A stretch of 64,000 nucleotides of DNA from Thermoproteota archaeon (GTDB lineage: Archaea; Korarchaeota; JAOZGF01; JAOZFZ01), in assembly GCA_027492035.1 (NCBI GenBank), contig JAOZFT010000004.1, positions 288,001-352,000 on the forward strand, in the 5' to 3' direction. The position numbers and the translations under genes were made by a program. This document shows positions 61,014-64,000 of this stretch, piece after piece (position 1 is the stretch's first letter; every line of letters begins with the position of its first letter). The notes under the pieces were generated by a model. It saw only the letters and a list, made by a program, of their open reading frames with translations, ran no database searches and had not been told where the DNA came from.

Positions 61014-63662
61014 ATGAACAAAAAATTATTAGTTTTGATAAGTGCAGTAGTGTTGATGGTTTCAATTGCACCAGCAGCATTTGCACAGCCACCAATAAGT
61101 GAATTCCCGGCACCCTTCATCAAAAACGGTTCAATAGACTGGAACAACGACGGAGTACCTGACATCTCCATAATAATTGGGGAAGGAGGAGACGCAGCAG
61201 ACGTGATAGGAGCTTCAATGATAGCTGCAAAAATAGGAACCAACATGTATTGGTCAGCAGCAGACATAACACTCCATAAAGAAGCATTCGGAACAGCTGA
61301 ACCATTTAAAATAATAAATGGAACAGCAAACTTAACAGTTTACACTTGGGTAACCAACTCACCAATTGCTGACAAAACAGCAGACCGTGACTGGTTAGTT
61401 GCAGTAACGGGAGTAACAGGAGTACCTACCTCCGCTTGGTACAGCTACGCAGAGTTTGAGAAAGCAAGTTTTGGAGACCAGATTCAGTCACATACCTACC
61501 CTGACACAGACGCTGCAGATTGGGATGGCTCAGCAACCTTAACCAAACACATAATAGTGGATCAATACTACAGCCCAGGCGCCCAGGGCAGGCCAGCATT
61601 TATAGAGGTTAAGTGGTGCTACACTGAATACTCAACTGACAGCGTAGGATTACCTGACTACGCAATTTGGTGGTACCCTCCACGTAACCTTACAGTTACA
61701 AGTGAAATGACAGGGCAAAGCTACAAAGTACCAGGTGTCAATAGTACAAACAAGTCAGGAAGGTTCATGCTAAGAATATGGGGTGGTTACAAGTTAAATG
61801 AACCCATAAGTATACCTTTCCTCGGTTCAGGCTACACTTTAACCTTTACAAGCATAGACAATTTCGGGAACACAACACTAAATAGGACAGAGTGGCCTGA
61901 CCCATTCCTAGCAACAGAAATGAATAGATGGTTTGAACTGCCCCAAACAGGCGTAGGCAGAGTAACTTTCTGGTTAGAGAAAAACAGCGTAATTCTTGCA
62001 GCCTCCTCAATAGACCTCTTCAACTTCACCGTAATGCCCGTAATAGGCGGATTATACTCTGGCACAAGTATACATAACTTCTGGATACCTGTTAACAACA
62101 CTGAAAACATGTCGTGGATAGACCCTGACACAGGATTAAGGATGAGTCTAATAGTTGAAATAAAGGGTGTATTCCCAGATTATATGGGGGTGTGGGCTAA
62201 CATAACTTCGTGGCCACTGGAGAAACATTTCATCACTTACGACGTTGCAGGCACAGAAATGATAGTGGTTAACAGATCCTTCACCTCAAGTGACCTCCGT
62301 GTTCCAGTAAATTCATTCCTCGATGTACCTTACACAGCCCCCACTGCTGCAGATTTACCTAGCGGGTTTGACACATACGGTGAAAACCTTTCATGGGTAA
62401 GTTCAGCTAACTTCTCATGGTACGTTGTTCCTCAAGATGTATTCTATGGTGCAAAAGAGGTGCAAGTGTTTGTAAGTTACCCTGACAATGCAACAGTGGA
62501 GAGAACATTTATAACTGAACCTTTCACCACAACCACTAGTGTAACTGCAACCTATGGAGGAGTTTCTCTCCAAACCTATTGGGGTGCAATAGTGCCCATT
62601 ACTGCTAATGTACCTTACTATTATGTGTGGCAACTAGATACTTACTGGAGTAACCACGAAGGCACTACGTACTTCTTCGGTGACCTCCACGACCTAGGTT
62701 TACCAAACCCTGAAATAGAGGATGTTGCTACTTTCTGGCTTGTACGCAACATTTCACTCTACAAACATGGCTGGGCTAAATATGTTGACATAGAAACTAC
62801 AATGTGGAAGATTTTCCTGAATGACAGCAGCCTCAAGACTGAAAACCACTACTATGCAGATGCTGCTCAAACAGTTGAAGACGTTGTTGGTTCAGGTAAA
62901 AGAGTGGTTGACTTTGCAGCCTACCTAATAGACCTTGAAGGAATAAATGTTTCAGGTGTCTATGCAGGGTACTTCGACAGGTTCACACCCGGCCCAGCTG
63001 GTGAATACACAGGAACAGTGGACTTAAGACCCAACGGAACAGATGTTACACCCCCAAGTGAACAAGACTCAACCTTTAACGGAGAAGACGTGTTCAGCAT
63101 ATTCCACAGGTTCATATACCTAGCAACTGAAGACGCAGCAGCCGACGCAGTTGAATCAACCTACCTGATACTTGTAGGTGGGCCACTAGTTAACAAATAT
63201 GTTAAACAGTTAAATGACTCAGGACTACTGCCAATTTCATTCCTAGGAAATGACAGATTAGTTGACTGGACAAACAAAGTCTGGACACTTGAAGATGCAT
63301 TAGCAACATTCCCTGCAGCTGAAGGATACCCTGTTGAATACGTGCCACACATAACAAGCGGCCTAGGAGTAGTTGAATACGCAACAAGCAACCCGTGGAA
63401 CTCAGACTCAACAGTTCCAGTGCTGGTGGTTGCTGGAACAGACAGGTACGGAACAATGTCTGCATCACTGGCGTTAAGTGACCCAACAAAAATAATAAGA
63501 TTAACAGCAGCCAACTGGTACAATGCAGGACGCAGCGGAAACCCCAACGCAGTGATAGTGGTAGGTATAATACCACAGGTAGGAGTAGCTGCAGCTGCAC
63601 CAGCAAACATAGTCTTCGTTAAAGTTGCAGGAGCTGGAGGAAGCCTTACACTAGGGCCATAA
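61014..63662 (+). CDS. S-layer glycoprotein
   Basis: Signal peptide, IIIGEGGDAADVIGASMIA N-domain, LILVGGPLVN and VVAGTDRYGT C-domain, many N-x-S/T sequons. Confidence 0.88.
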   Translation: MNKKLLVLISAVVLMVSIAPAAFAQPPISEFPAPFIKNGSIDWNNDGVPDISIIIGEGGDAADVIGASMIAAKIGTNMYWSAADITLHKEAFGTAEPFKIINGTANLTVYTWVTNSPIADKTADRDWLVAVTGVTGVPTSAWYSYAEFEKASFGDQIQSHTYPDTDAADWDGSATLTKHIIVDQYYSPGAQGRPAFIEVKWCYTEYSTDSVGLPDYAIWWYPPRNLTVTSEMTGQSYKVPGVNSTNKSGRFMLRIWGGYKLNEPISIPFLGSGYTLTFTSIDNFGNTTLNRTEWPDPFLATEMNRWFELPQTGVGRVTFWLEKNSVILAASSIDLFNFTVMPVIGGLYSGTSIHNFWIPVNNTENMSWIDPDTGLRMSLIVEIKGVFPDYMGVWANITSWPLEKHFITYDVAGTEMIVVNRSFTSSDLRVPVNSFLDVPYTAPTAADLPSGFDTYGENLSWVSSANFSWYVVPQDVFYGAKEVQVFVSYPDNATVERTFITEPFTTTTSVTATYGGVSLQTYWGAIVPITANVPYYYVWQLDTYWSNHEGTTYFFGDLHDLGLPNPEIEDVATFWLVRNISLYKHGWAKYVDIETTMWKIFLNDSSLKTENHYYADAAQTVEDVVGSGKRVVDFAAYLIDLEGINVSGVYAGYFDRFTPGPAGEYTGTVDLRPNGTDVTPPSEQDSTFNGEDVFSIFHRFIYLATEDAAADAVESTYLILVGGPLVNKYVKQLNDSGLLPISFLGNDRLVDWTNKVWTLEDALATFPAAEGYPVEYVPHITSGLGVVEYATSNPWNSDSTVPVLVVAGTDRYGTMSASLALSDPTKIIRLTAANWYNAGRSGNPNAVIVVGIIPQVGVAAAAPANIVFVKVAGAGGSLTLGP

Positions 63663-63690
63663 AACCCCCCTTTTTTCTTTTTTTCTTTTC
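63661..63690 (+). terminator. Oligo-T terminator after the S-layer gene
   Basis: CCCCCCTTTTTTCTTTTTTTCTTTT directly after the stop codon. Confidence 0.65.
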
Positions 63691-64000
63691 CCAATCTCGT
63701 CTAATTCTAACTTAGGAAAGATTCCCTTACATATTCGTTACATCTATGTTTCCGTAAAGAATTTCCCTGTTTAAACAATTTACAGATCAACCTTTATGTC
63801 TCCCTCTGTTAGTTTTATGCCTCCTATTTCTTTTCGTTTTCTGACGAAAACATTTTATTTTTTTAAACACCTAACTTTTAAAAAGGTTCCTTTTAAGGGG
63901 GAGAAGGGAAAGGTTTTAAATTAGCCTTTCTCCAAATTTTTTTTAAAGGGTTTCTTTAAAAGTTTCTTTGAACCTCTAAAACCCTTACATAGAGGTTTCT

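Overview
AT-rich archaeal chromosome segment made almost entirely of information-processing genes. It contains top6B (partial), TFB, TBP, rpoP, aglB, the large spc-type r-protein/secY operon ending in cbf5, rps13-rps4-rps11, rnhB, one 16S-23S operon, a separate 5S, RNase P and SRP RNAs, 13 tRNAs, cdc6 plus PolD DP1, the PCNA-priL-priS-GINS-L44e-S27e-aIF2a-nop10 cluster, dnaG, pelota and an S-layer gene. PolD together with a cbf5 intron, no tRNA-Ala in the ITS and an unlinked 5S suggests a TACK/Asgard-side lineage outside the classical Thermoprotei; this is inference only. The strongest signal is an extended bulge-helix-bulge (BHB) splicing system. Besides the known cbf5 mRNA intron, rnhB (RNase HII) is interrupted inside its catalytic DEAGRGP motif by a 16-nt, stop-containing, frameshifting insert that folds into a canonical BHB with the same AG|A and AA|A bulges. 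Ten of 13 tRNA genes carry 13 introns in total, including 8-11 nt micro-introns and a triple-intron tRNA-Met. Other oddities are an RNase P RNA lacking the conserved bulged U of P4 and lying 5 nt behind the 23S processing stem, many substitutions at near-universal rRNA positions (PTC, SRL, 16S C1400), a tRNA-Ile(UAU), candidate ATA/ATT starts, a sharp strand-composition switch inside aglB, and decayed integrase and TnpB relics. All calls were made by eye from motifs; no searches were run.
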